NCBI RefSeq assembly: GCF_009914755.1
Contig: NC_060939.1
Length of the DNA stretch: 64,000 nt
Strand: one strand, 5' to 3'
DNA from: the human T2T-CHM13v2.0 reference genome, Homo sapiens
Shown here: positions 15,758-28,714 of the stretch, piece by piece
Numbering within the stretch: the stretch's first letter is position 1
How the letters are laid out: each line of letters begins with the position of its first letter
Made by a program: the position numbers and the translations under genes
The notes under the pieces: model-generated
Told to the model about the DNA's origin: nothing
Database searches by the model: none
The model's input: the letters and a program-made list of their open reading frames with translations, nothing else

Positions 15758-16748
15758 TGCATGCCAGATTCAGTTGTAACATAACCAGAGATGTCAATTC
15801 ATTAGCTGCTGTGTTAATCAGAATTAGGGTTTATAATTTATAACTGGCAATATAATTAACAGATGGTAATTTAATCAGTCATGATTCTCTTGCTTTACGT
15901 TCACCTTTAAAACTGTGAAACTGTTGTCGCTTAAAATGTACAGGATGTGATGTCACAAAAGCTGCAATCCTTTTGGCTGTCTCCTGCTATGCCCTGGCTC
16001 AAAATCCAACACCCTCTTCTAACCTTGTCCAGGAGCAAGGTTAAACAGAACGGTATGAGGAGTGGCGAACATCTATGAAGATCCGTAGACTCCCATCTCA
16101 GCCTCTATAGCACTACAGCCCATTATCAAATATACCTTTATGAATGACAGCCTGCAATTATCAGATCGCCTTCTGACGCAGGACATGAGGCGGAGAAATA
16201 ACACCTAGAACTTGCTCGCTGCATGCTACGACTTCCCAGAGCTGGAGCCACATTGGGAGACTCTGCAGAGAAGGCTTGCTTCAGCCAGCTGGCATTTCCC
16301 CCTCACCTCTCTGGGATGCCTTCCCTCTGGCACTGGCCAGAGGAAGGCAAGACACTGAAGGGAGAGGAAAGTGAATTGACTGGCATAGCTGAGGTTCAAA
16401 ACTGACACTAAAGGAGAAGGGTGCTGAAGTGCAGGAGCCAGCATTCCTATGGAATACAAACTCTTGGTTAGAATGAAGGTTTCCAGCATTCTATTTTTGC
16501 CCCTCAACTGTCCTTGATTGAAGCCTTTGGACCTGACAGGTAGATCACATCTGCCTCTGGTCATTTCCATCAGCACTGCCTGTGGGCCACACTTACCATG
16601 CCGACACTACTCTACCAGTTCATGGCTGGGCCATGGCCAGATGCCCCTTGGCTTCCCTGGCTGTGATGGAGGACAGCTGACAGCAAGACCCATACTGATG
16701 TCCTGCACTAATGAAGTGGCATCAGGAATAAAGAACAGGGAAAACAGA

Positions 16749-17346
16749 CAGCTGACCCTTGAACAACACAGGTTTGAACTGTAGGGGCCCACTTATACAC
16801 AGATTGTTTTACTTTTTCTTCTCTTTCTTTTTTTTTTTTTAGAGACAAGGTCTCACTGTGTCACCCAAGCTAGAGTGCAGTGACTAGATCATAGCTCACT
16901 GAAGCCTTAAACTCCTGGGTTCAAGCAATCCTCCCAACTCAGCCTCTCAAGTAGCTGGGACTACAGGCCCTCACCTCTGTGCCCAGTTAATTTGTTAAAG
17001 AATTTTTTGCGAGACAGGGTCTCATCATGTTGCCCAGGCCAGTCTTGAACTCCCAGCCGCAAGCAATCCTTCTGCCTCGGTCTCCCAAAGCACTGGCATA
17101 ACAGGCATAAGCCACCAAGCCTTCCCCCCAGATTTTTTTCAATAAATATAGTTGGACCTCCATATCCACCGGTTCTGAATCTGCAGCCAAATGTGAGTCA
17201 AAAATAGAGGATCAACTTTTCGTGTATGGTATACATGGGTTCCACAGGACTGACTATGGGACTTGAATATGTGTGGATTTTGGTGTACTTGGAGGTATGG
17301 GGGTGGTCCTGGAACCAATCCCCTGAATATACTGAGGGGCAACTGT
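16749..17346 (-). mobile_element. MER8/Tigger2-derived MITE interrupted by a minus-strand AluJ (~16812-17127)
   Basis: CAGCTGACCCTTGAACAACAC and GGTCCTGGAACCAATCCCC...CAACTG termini; AluJ-type sequence inside. Confidence 0.75.
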
Positions 17347-17371
17347 GTATATATATGTATACATACATTTT

Positions 17372-17536
17372 CAATTCCAAACTCCTGGAAAGGAAAAAAT
17401 GAATCTATAAGCCACGTTAGTTCCACAGTGGCTGAATCCTAGCTGTGCAGTTCCTGCATAGCCTGCAAAGAAATGAGAAACATGAAGGACACTTTGAATT
17501 ACTGTTCTCATGCTAAAAATAGTCTAAGTGCTATCC
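17372..17536 (-). repeat. Right arm of long inverted repeat IR-1
   Basis: Reverse complement of 15597-15757, with an 8-nt insertion. Confidence 0.9.
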
Positions 17537-18669
17537 TACACATAATCCCCCCTCCTCTCTACCTGCATATATAAGCATATATGTAAGTGTACCCCCCCGC
17601 ACACACACACCAAAGCAGCAATAGATAGCTGCACTGATACACAATTTTTAAATATTGTGAGTTATTTGCGAGAAAGATTATCACTCAACAGATGAACATT
17701 TATTAAATGAATTCATTTATTTATGAACTCAGTTATTGTGTTTATCCATTCATCATTTTCTATTAATTTATTCATTACATTTGCCTCACCAAGTTTATAA
17801 AAGAAATATGTCATGGACTCAGTCCACAGCTTGGGGGTTGATTTCGCTACTACACCGGTATTGCCAGTCTGTCTCAGTCCCTCGGGGCTTCCCTGCTACT
17901 CTCCTCACACGGCCCTCCTCTGTTTTCACCATCTCACAAGTCTTTCCCATCTGTCCCATCTCACCAAAGAACCCTCAGCTGACACCTCCACCCTGACCTT
18001 CTTAGACTGTCTCCTCCATTCTGCACTCTGTCAGTTGCTCATCTAACATAAGAAGGTTATCCTTAATGGCCAGCAAGATCCTGTCCCTGTGAAGATTTTA
18101 TGTTTCTCCACAACACCACAGGCCCTATATGACAGTTCACCGAGGAGCTGTTCTCCCCTGGTCTCCTGCACTGCCCCGTGCCCCCATCCTGGCGGCCAGG
18201 TGCCTGACTGCAGTCATGGTGGAACACAGCCTCAGAATGATGGGATGCCAGAAAGCAGAAGAGCAAGCCATGCAAAGAGACGAGGAGCCCTCAGAGATGG
18301 CACAGCCCATTTTGAGCACATCCACCAGGCAACCTTAAACCCTCAAGATCAGAGTCACTCCATACAGCAAACTCCAAAAACAACAGCTAAGGGTACCAGC
18401 CAAAGGGTAGTTTTCAACTTCAGGCAGGAGCAATGTTCATGTTGTGGTGTCTTCAGTCTCCCTCCCATGACACAGAGGTCAACGCTCCTATCATCAGCAT
18501 TCTCTTTGAACAAGGAGAACGTAATAGAACCAACATGCACCCCAGCTTTCATGACACTGTGTGTGTGTGTGTGTGTGTGTGTGGGTTCACCCTACTGGTT
18601 CTGACACACGGGAAGTCCCCGTGTGACCTCAGTCTGACCTCCAAAGTGCAAACTTTCCTCCTCTTCTGT

Positions 18670-19120
18670 TACTTTTTCATTTATTCATCCAACAAACACT
18701 ACTGGTGACCCACCACCTGCCGTCATAGGGGAGACAATAAGACACTGTCAGGATCTTGCTCATAGTCTAGCAAAGACCAAAACTACGGATCCTTCCCTTT
18801 TCCAATCACTCAACAAGTACTTGTGTAGCACTTCCTATGTTGCAGACACCGTCTGCCTTAGTGGGGCTTCGTGGAATTCAATGAGAGAGGCAGACACTGA
18901 CAAACATCCACAGAAATATTACACCATGAGAAGTGACAGGGAGTTGGGCAGCGATGACTGAGGGTACCCAGGGCAGGAGGTGAGGGAAGGAATTCCAGGC
19001 TGAGGGGCCTACCAGCGGTTGCAGGGATGGACATTCAGGCCAGAAGCAGAGGGCAGGAATAGTCACTCCAAGATTAGAGGCTCTGGTACAGATTTTTGGT
19101 TTTATTTGGAAAGCCTTGAG
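18670..19120 (-). mobile_element. L2 fragments
   Basis: ttcatttattcatccaacaaacactactgg and cactcaacaagtacttg...cctatgttgcagacac are L2 3'-end motifs. Confidence 0.5.
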
Positions 19121-19166
19121 AAGATACTGCACATTTTTGGGTTTGCACTAAAAATCTCAGTCTTCC

Positions 19167-19623
19167 TGCTACATGGAAAACAGTCTTCTCTACAAATTCA
19201 TATGTTGGGGTTCTGAGCCCTGGTATCTCAAGAATGTGACCTTATTTGGAGATGAAGTGTTTACAGAGATGATTAAATTAAAATGAGGTTGCTAGGGTGA
19301 GCCCTTGTCCCACATGACTAATGTCCTGATACAAAGAGGAGATTTGGAGACAGACACGCACACAGAGAGAAGGCCTCGTGAAGGAGGAGGCAGAGATCAG
19401 GGTGATGTTTGTACAAGCCAAGCAATGCCAAAGATGGCCAGCCACCACCACAAGGAGGGGACAGGACTGGGGCAGATTCTCCTCCAGGTCCTCAGAAGGA
19501 GCCAACCCTGCTGGCACCTTGATCTGGGGCTTCCAGCCTCCGGAACTGTGAGGGAATGAACTTCTGTTGTTGAAGACCACGGTCTGTGGTACATTGCCAT
19601 GGCAGCCCTAGCAGACGGATACA
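19167..19623 (+). mobile_element. MLT1B/C-type MaLR LTR
   Basis: aattcatatgttg...aatgtgaccttatttggaga...cttccagcctccggaactgtgag...atggcagccctagcagacggataca. Confidence 0.8.
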
Positions 19624-19897
19624 CTGCTGCAGCCCATGAGGAGTGGTGACAGTGACAGTCAGACATGGCTGTGTTGGGGAGAAATTTAAGCTGCCGAACA
19701 ACAGGGCCTTCCTGATGATTTGTCCATAGCCTGAGGAGCAGAAGCAAGTCCAAGGTGGGTCCACATGAGAACAGTTCCACTCAGGGACACATCAGCATGT
19801 GATGGAGACTCACAGAAAACTTGATAGGTTTGTAGTAAAATTTTGAAATGAGCTAAAAGGAGAAAATGAAAAACACTTGCAATGTCTCCAACACAAA

Positions 19898-20195
19898 GCT
19901 ACACTTAGTGGCTCGTTCCTCTAATTTCAACACTTTTTGTAAGAGGCTAAGAAGGAAGGATTGCTTGAGGCAATTGAGACCAGCCTGGGAAACAGAGTGA
20001 GAACCCCTGTCTACAAAAATGTGTAACGTGAGCCAGGCCTGGTGGTGTGCGCCTGTAGTCCCAGCGTTCTAGAGGCTGAGGCGGGAAGGGTGCTTGAGCC
20101 CAGGAATTCCAGGTCACACTGAGCTATGATTGCACGACGCACTACAGCCTGGGCGACGGAGTGAGACCATGTCTCCCCCTCCAAGAAAAGAAAAA
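19898..20195 (+). mobile_element. Old AluJ
   Basis: Diverged dimeric Alu with GCTTGAGCCCAGGAATTC and an A-rich tail. Confidence 0.8.
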
Positions 20196-20337
20196 GCCAC
20201 TTGTTCCTGCTCTGGTGAACTCTTTTGGTCATTTTCTGTTTGACAGTGACAGTACATATCTGGATGTGTGTATCCAAAGATAGTGACTTGTTAACAGAAA
20301 TGGAACTATCTTTACATGCCTCATATTAAGAATATAG

Positions 20338-20915
20338 CCTTTCGAGGTAGGAGTCCACTCCTGTGAGGTATGGTGATGGGTGCAGATGCAATGTGGCTCT
20401 CAATAGCACCTTATGGACAGTTGTGTCCCCAAAGGAGGGATGAGAATAGCTACTGAAGTCCTAAAGAGCAACCCTAACTCAAGCCATTGGCACACAGGCA
20501 TTAGACAGAAAGCTGGAAGTTGAAATGGTGGAGTCCAACTTGTCTGGACCAGCTTAATGGTTCTACTCCTGGTAACATTTTTGTCTGTGGATGGCTTGCT
20601 TGGGTGCAGATGTTTGGAGACCTTTTAAAGGACTCCGAATTCATGCTTGAAGAAATGCAGGCAGACCTGTTATCCTAAACTAGGGTTTTTAATGACCACA
20701 GCAAGCAAGCATGCAGCTTACCACTTGAAAGGGTCTTGCCTCACCCAAGCTGGAGTGCAGTGGCCTTTGAAGCTTACTACAGCCTCAAACTTCTGGGCTC
20801 AAGTGATCCTCAGCCTCCCAATGGTCTTTGTAGACCGCCTGATGGAGTCTCGTGGCACAAGAAGATTAAAACAATGTCTCCAATTTTAATAAATTTTTGC
20901 AATCCAAAAAAAAAA
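20338..20915 (+). pseudogene. GAS5 (retrocopy): Processed pseudogene (retrocopy) of the lncRNA/snoRNA host gene GAS5
   Basis: Collinear with recalled spliced GAS5 from the 5'TOP start (CCTTTCGAGGTAGGAGTC) through AAGCCATTGGCACACAGGCATTAGACAGAAAGCTGGAAG to AATAAATTTTTGCAATCC; no introns or snoRNAs; AATAAA 20888-20893; A10 tail 20906-20915; TSD AAGAATATA (20328-20336) and AACAATATA (20914-20922). Confidence 0.93.
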
Positions 20916-20974
20916 CAATATATGAAAAATCATTTTCCACATTTCAGTAATATTTTACCAAATAATGGGACCTA

Positions 20975-22460
<1,486 letters not shown>

Positions 22461-22899
22461 CTTTGTGCAGATCATTGGTCTGTAAATTTGCTTGTCATAG
22501 AAAGGAGACAGTGCACTCAGGCCTGGTAAAGAGAGAGCAGGTGCCAAGGCCAGGCATTCTACAGAACAGGGTACAATTTGAATTTTTTTTCAATTTGAAA
22601 AAAGACCGTTTGGAATGCAGTCTGTAGACTCAACAGAAGTGGCAGATGTTCTCAAGAGATGAAACCAAAGCCAGGCCACAGCAGGACCTGTGGGACTGTT
22701 AGAAAAGGCAGGATAAGGCAGGATCCCAGAGCGGGGCTGCCTGGCCAGCACTAGGGACAATTTGAAGGATCCAGGGGCACAGCTGCCTCCCCCACTGTTA
22801 GTCGAGGAGGAAAAGCGGTGGCCCACAGCCTTCTCAAAACGGAGACAACTAACGGGTTACCCTGGTTAGCAAGTGGACAGAAGAAAAGGGGAAAAACTT

Positions 22900-23280
22900 A
22901 CTTTTTTAAACCAATTGTGGTAAAACACATCTAACAAGATTTACCAGCCTAACCATCTGTAAGTGTTCAGTTCAGCAGCATTAAGTACCTTCCCATTGTT
23001 GTGTTACCGTCATGACCATCCATCTGCAGAACTCTCCATCACCCCAACTGGAACTCTGTGCCCATTAAACACCAACTCCCCTGCCCCTAGCCCCAGCCCC
23101 TGGCCACCTCCATTCTCCTTTCTGTCTCTGAATTTACTGCTCTGGGGACCTCATATGAGTGGAGTCACATAGCGTTTGTCCTTTGTGACTGCTTTTTTCA
23201 CTTAGCATAATATCCTTAAGGTTCATCCATGTGGAAACATGTCTCAGACTTTTCTTGCTTTTCAAGGCTCAACAATAATT
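22900..23280 (-). mobile_element. L1M 3'-end fragment
   Basis: aattgtggtaaaacacat...cctcatatgagtggagtcacatag...cacttagcataatatccttaaggttcatccatgt. Confidence 0.75.
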
Positions 23281-23299
23281 TATTTTAAGAATGTTCTGT

Positions 23300-23950
23300 T
23301 TGCACAGAGTAATTTGGAGGTGCCTGTGGGGCAAACTAGGGAGAAGCAATCACTGTGCATGTGGAAGAGAAGCTCTAAAGCTCTAAATTTAAAATAAGTG
23401 GAGGTTTTGGCATGGATGAACTAACCATGGAGAGGGTGTACAGTGAGAACCTTATGATCCCGAAGAAAGGGGCAGAGAAAGGGCCATCAGTTAAAAATAC
23501 TGAGGAGGAACAGTGAGGGAGCGGCAGGAGAACCAGGCAGTGGGAATCCCAGGTAGCCAAGAATAATGTGGCAAAAAATTTGAGACAAGGCATACAGAAG
23601 AGGCCAAGGTCTTGGGGACCCAGGAGGTCACAGGAGAGAAACAGTGTCTGTAAAACCACAGACAGAAGCCCAAGGGTGCGTCAGCAGGGCGAGGCAGGAG
23701 ACAGAATCACTAGTGTGGAGACCATGGTTCCTCTCTGATGGGGAAGGAAAGAACTGACAGCGGCTGGGATTTTGAGCAGCAGGTGGGTGGACAGAAGGGG
23801 GTGCCTTCAGAATGTGGATGACTGGTGGGGTTCCAGGGAGGGGCTGGAGCTTGTGGGGTGCCTGCAGAGTGGGTGGCAGGAGGAGCTGAGTCATGGAGGA
23901 GGTAAGCAGAGATGCAGGTGTGGAAACAGCAAAGAGCTAAGAGATGAGAA
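23300..23950 (-). mobile_element. L2 fragment
   Basis: G/A-rich decayed L2 (tttggaggtgcctgtggggca, gtgggaatcccagg). Confidence 0.45.
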
Positions 23951-24057
23951 GATACAAAGGGTCTGGGCGAGCAGGGAGGCAGCAGAACCATCTACTTCTC
24001 TCGCGCTGTTTTCTTGGTGGATCCAGAAGCTGGGTCATTTGCTACGGTGAGAAGCAT

Positions 24058-24466
24058 TGCTAAGATATGCGTGTATGCATCTCTGCAAAATTAATATGCT
24101 GAAGCCTAATCACTTTGGTGATAGTCATGAAGTGGGGACTTTCAAGGTGATTAGGTCATGAGGGCTCTGCCCTCACAAAAGGGATTAGTGCCCTTGTAAA
24201 AGGGCTAGAGGGACATGAGATGCCCTTCTGTCTCCTCTTCCATATTAGGACACAGCATTCCTCTCTCTCTTCTCCCTCCACCATGTGATGACCCAGAAAC
24301 AAGGCAGCACCTTAAAAGCAGACCGTAGTCCTCACCAGACACTAAACCTACTGCCACCTTGCCCTTGGACTTCCTAGTCTCCAGAACTGTGAGAAATACA
24401 TTTCTATTGTTAATAAATTACCTGGTCTGTGGTATTCTGTTATAGCAGCAGGAATGGACTAAGACA
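24058..24466 (+). mobile_element. MST-type (MSTC/D) MaLR LTR
   Basis: TG...CA termini; attaggtcatgagggctctgccctc; ggacttcctagtctccagaactgtgagaaata; gttatagcagcaggaatggactaagaca; (A/G)GCAT on both flanks. Confidence 0.8.
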
Positions 24467-24592
24467 GGCATGACTGGAGGTAGTGTAAAGAGAAAGGTCA
24501 GGTTCTTGTAACAGCCGCTACAGGGAAAGTGAGCTGATGAGGAGAAAGGAAAATGTGCTGAGCCCATAGAAGAAAGCAGGACAGAGCCAAGG

Positions 24593-24593
<1 letters not shown>

Positions 24594-24641
<48 letters not shown>
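24594..24641. repeat. (TG)n microsatellite
   Basis: About 24 perfect TG units. Confidence 0.95.
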
Positions 24642-24644
<3 letters not shown>

Positions 24645-25445
24645 TTAGAGAGGACAGGGAGAGAGAGAGAAGATAAGTCGATAAAAGAATGGACGGATGG
24701 ATGCATAGATAGATGGTAGCTATGGAAACAATATGAAAATACACTAAAATATGGAAATATGGAATCATAGCTGTCTCTGAGGGGTGGGATCATGAGTTTT
24801 TAATTTCAGTCTTTAATAATGTTTTGTAATTTCCGAATCTCCTACAAAGGGGATATTTTATTAGTGAGATAAAACAGTACAATTCTACGTTTAGAGATAA
24901 TTGGGCACAAAACCCAAACAAAATTCTGAGCAGTTCTGAGCGTCCAACAGAGACTGAAACTGTGCATTTGTAGTGGAGCCAGCCAGCAAGTTTGTGTAGC
25001 CTTGTTCAGCTACCCTCAGCAGCCCAGCAACAATGAGCTTGGAATAATCACCACGCCAAGGCTGTGCATCTCTGAAACACTCAGTTCCTGTCCAGAGCCC
25101 TGTTGGGTGCTTCATGTACATGACCCCACCACCTTCCAAGGCTCACATTGTTATCACACCAATTCTCAGGTGAGAAAGATGAGTATTGGGTTAATGAACT
25201 CCCTTGGGATTTCACAGCAGTTCAAAAGTGGTGTCAAGTTGGCCTCACCCCAGCCCCATGCATACCCTTAGCCCCATCTGAACAGTGAAGGACTCAGACC
25301 TGGGTAACTGGGCTGGAGTGGGTGATGCTGAGAGAGGGACTTAACCTATGAGGAGAGGTCAGGCTGAAGACCCAGTAGGGCCAAAAGAGAAGCAGATTTT
25401 CAGAGGATCCCTCTGACCTCAGAAGTAAATGGAAATAGTTTCTTT

Positions 25446-26320
25446 TGATAGCAACAGGAGGCAGCCAAATGCCTAGACAGATGGGGTGGGTACCCAGTGA
25501 AGCCCCACCTCCAAGCTGAAGACAATTTAAAGCCTGGAAGCTAAATTTAAGTTAAATCCTCAGACTGGATTGAGAACTTGCCTTCCTTCTGATTGATCCC
25601 CACCCTTCACCTATTTTACATGTGCCTACCCTTTCCTAATTGGTTTTCTACACTGTTGTGCCCACCATTGAGTGGTGTCTTCACTTTAACCTATTTTGCA
25701 TGCTCACAAACCAATCAGCATGCACTTCCCATCCTGTGCCTATAAAGACCCCAGACTCAGTTGGTAGATGGGGAGATGGTTGGACTTTGAGGAGACGGAC
25801 TTCAGAGAAGAGGCGATCAGGCTTCAGGAAAGATGGCCTGCCCTCCCTGTCCCCTCTCCAGCTCCACTCTCTACTGAGAGCCATGTTCATCACTTAAGAA
25901 AATTATCCGGCTTCACCATCCTTCAACTGTCTGTGCGACCAACCCAACCTCATTCTTCTTGGATGCCAGACAAGGGCTAGGGACCCACTGAGTATGGGTA
26001 CCCAAAAAGGCTGTTACACAGGCCCTTTGCCCTCACTGACAGAGGGCAACTGCTCTGGGCACTGCCACAAGGGGCCAACTGAGCTGCTAACACACTGCCA
26101 TCTGCAGACAGTGGAGCTAGGACAGCACCGGAACACGCCACCTAGGCACCACTGCAGGCCCCACACAGAGCTTGCCCCTGCTGGCGTCCAGAGGAGCTGA
26201 CTGGATCCCTCACCCGCTTGTTCACACACTCCCTCCCACAAGGGGTTGAGCACATGGACTGAATAAACAGGGCACCCCTGTGGTGTGTCCAGCAAAGGGG
26301 CCAAGAAGAATACTGCATCA
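25446..26320 (+). mobile_element. ERV1 solo LTR of the LTR1/LTR9/LTR27-like (HUERS) group
   Basis: Starts TGATAGCAACAGGAGGCAGCCAAATGCCTAG; CCAATCAGC and CCTATAAAGACCCCAG promoter block; ends CTGCATCA; subfamily uncertain. Confidence 0.7.
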
Positions 26321-26567
26321 ATTTAACTTCAGCCTTAGTATCATCCTTCTGCATTCAGCTACTTGCTGATAAAAACCAGAGGGTGTACTGACTTGTGGGA
26401 ACATTCAAGTATGTTCAGAGCTATAAAAATCAGGTGTAAATATCCCTTATATTAGTGGTTTCTGACTGAGGAAAAATCCGTGGTTAGACCCCATTCCTAA
26501 ATGCTAAGATAATGCTAAGAAGATCAGAAAGGGAAATAATTCTTATACATGGTCACTGCTTTCAAGT

Positions 26568-27382
26568 GAGAACTAAACTCTGACCTTTTTTTCTCTTGCC
26601 AAAATACATATCTAAGGCACTTGGGGAGTCACACCCTACAAACCATAACATCTCATTTTGATGGGCTTTTTTCTTAACCCGATATGATGTGCCTTGCTCT
26701 CCAACCTCACTCTGGTACAGCATCACATGGCAGACAGGAGGCCCTGAAGGAAATCAAACCATGTTATCCCAAAATATATTTCTTTGACATATTTTGAAAT
26801 GGCTGCCACAGGGCTAACAGATTGGAATATCCCCCACAAAGCCACCTTTTGTGGGGAAAATTTTCATCTGTAGTGCATCTCCATTCATGCAGCCAGGTCT
26901 TCCCTTTCTAGGCCTTTCCCAGATCTAGGAGAGATTAACTGAGAGCCTGACACCTTTAAGGTCTGAGAAGAGACATTCACCATCTATTCTCTCTGAGGGC
27001 TGCCACCTATGAGCCTTCCTCTACATAACAAGAGCCTTAGCCCCACAACCCCCTTATCTTAACTCAGGCATTCCTTTCCATGGACTTCAAGTCTTTAGAT
27101 AATAGCTTAACTCTCAACAAACTGTCAACTAAGAAATCTCTAAAACCCACCTATGACTTGCAAGCCCCATGGCTTCAAGATGTTCCTCCTTTCGTGGCAC
27201 AACCAATGTATACCTTCCAGGTACTGACAATTTTATCTGCAATTCACATATTGAACCAAACTGTAAAACCAAACTGTAACTTAACGGCCTCAGGAGCTCT
27301 TACTCGGCACCATGGTCACTCCTATTGGCTAAGAATAAACCTGTTTAAATGTATTTTGGCAGAATTTGGTTTTCTTATAATC
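26568..27382 (+). mobile_element. MER4-family (MER4D/E-like) ERV1 LTR
   Basis: cccaaaatatatttctttgacatattttgaaatggc, acccacctatgacttg and attggctaagaataaacct are MER4 hallmarks. Confidence 0.75.
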
Positions 27383-27913
27383 ATGAGGCTAACATCTTAC
27401 CAGGAACAAAGATGACAAATACAACCAAAGAAAAATCACATGAATTTTAACTGCATGATGCAATAGAAACAGTTGGGGCCATAATTCCATCAAAACATAA
27501 ATGTGTCCTTAATAAAAATATATTAAAAATATAAATATATATGTAGAAGTATAAATAGAGGCCATAAACATTTCCTGGAAATAGTCAACAGCAAGTTGAG
27601 CATTAGCCTAGATGAAACCCTTAATCCTTTCCAATTTATGGCTTCAAAAACCACGGGAAGATTTGCAGTTTCCTAGACCACTGAGTTGTACCCTAAAAGG
27701 AGGGTAAATCTATATTTTTGTACTGCAACAATGAAAATGTTTATTCACGCTGATTTATTCTATCTCCAGAATACAGGAAATTGAAAATGAATGATGTGGG
27801 GCAGGAAAGGGAGAGTCTGACAGCCTAAAGTTTAAGTCCTGCTTTCCTCCTCTTTAAAATAAGGATAACACGAGTACACACCTTAGTGGATTGTTTTGAG
27901 TACCAAGTAAAAC

Positions 27914-28648
27914 TGAAACGGCCTTTGCAAAAATTGCAACAGGGAGAAAACTTATGACAGTGAAAGAGTTCTGACCTCACCGACTCCATCTTGCTTCCAA
28001 CCTCCAACCTGCCTTCTTCATTCCTGGGAGTAGGCAGAACTAACTTAGGGAGAAACTTAGTTTATAGTTTAACTTTAAAATAAGATGGATAACAGACCTT
28101 TCCCAAAACAAACCCCCTTCTTGCCTGGGGACAAGACTGCCTTTGTAAAACTAACAAATTCACCACAAGATTGGAAATTAGGGTTTAGGAGTCATGCAGA
28201 AAGAGGCCAAAAGATTCTGAACCTCCCCAATTGCTCTTATGGATAACATCACTATTGTAAAACCTAAGATTGGTGTTCAAGGTATTTTTCAAACCCTGCA
28301 TTCTAATGCATCAGGTGGCACCATCCATACCAGTAAACTGAGTCAACCAGTTCAGCAATCCCACCCAGGCACAGAAGACAGCAAGAAGAATCCACTTCAA
28401 TCACCTATGATCTCATCTCCAAGCTGACCAATCAGCACTCCCCACTCTCTGGTCCCCTAACTGCCAAATTAATCCTTTAAACACTCCAGACTCTGAGTTT
28501 TCAGGGAGACTGATTTGAGTAATGAAACTCCAGTCTCCCTTTTAGCTGGCTCTGCATGAGTTAAACTCTTTCTCTATTGCAATTCCTCTATCTTGATATA
28601 TTGGCTGTATCTGGGCAGCAGGCAAAATGGACCCATTGGGTGGTTACA
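27914..28648 (+). mobile_element. LTR8-family (LTR8A/B) solo LTR
   Basis: TGAAACGGCCTTTGCAAAA start, GGGTGGTTACA end, internal caaaacaaacccccttcttgcctgggga; inserted in a MIR. Confidence 0.85.
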
Positions 28649-28714
28649 GTTAGGTCAGATCTTTTTCACCGTCATAATTTTCTTACTGTCATAATTTTTG
28701 CAAAGGCAGTTTCA
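28649..28714 (-). mobile_element. Inverted 66-bp LTR8 5'-terminal fragment
   Basis: Reverse complement reads TGAAACTGCCTTTGCAAAAATTATGACAGTAAGAAAATTATGACGGTGAAAAAGATCTGACCTAAC, the LTR8 5' end. Confidence 0.85.

Noticed and set aside
20338-20915. The GAS5 gene itself or its SNORD snoRNAs
   Set aside because: No introns, no intronic C/D-box snoRNAs and no CpG promoter; the genomic poly(A) and TSD indicate a retrocopy
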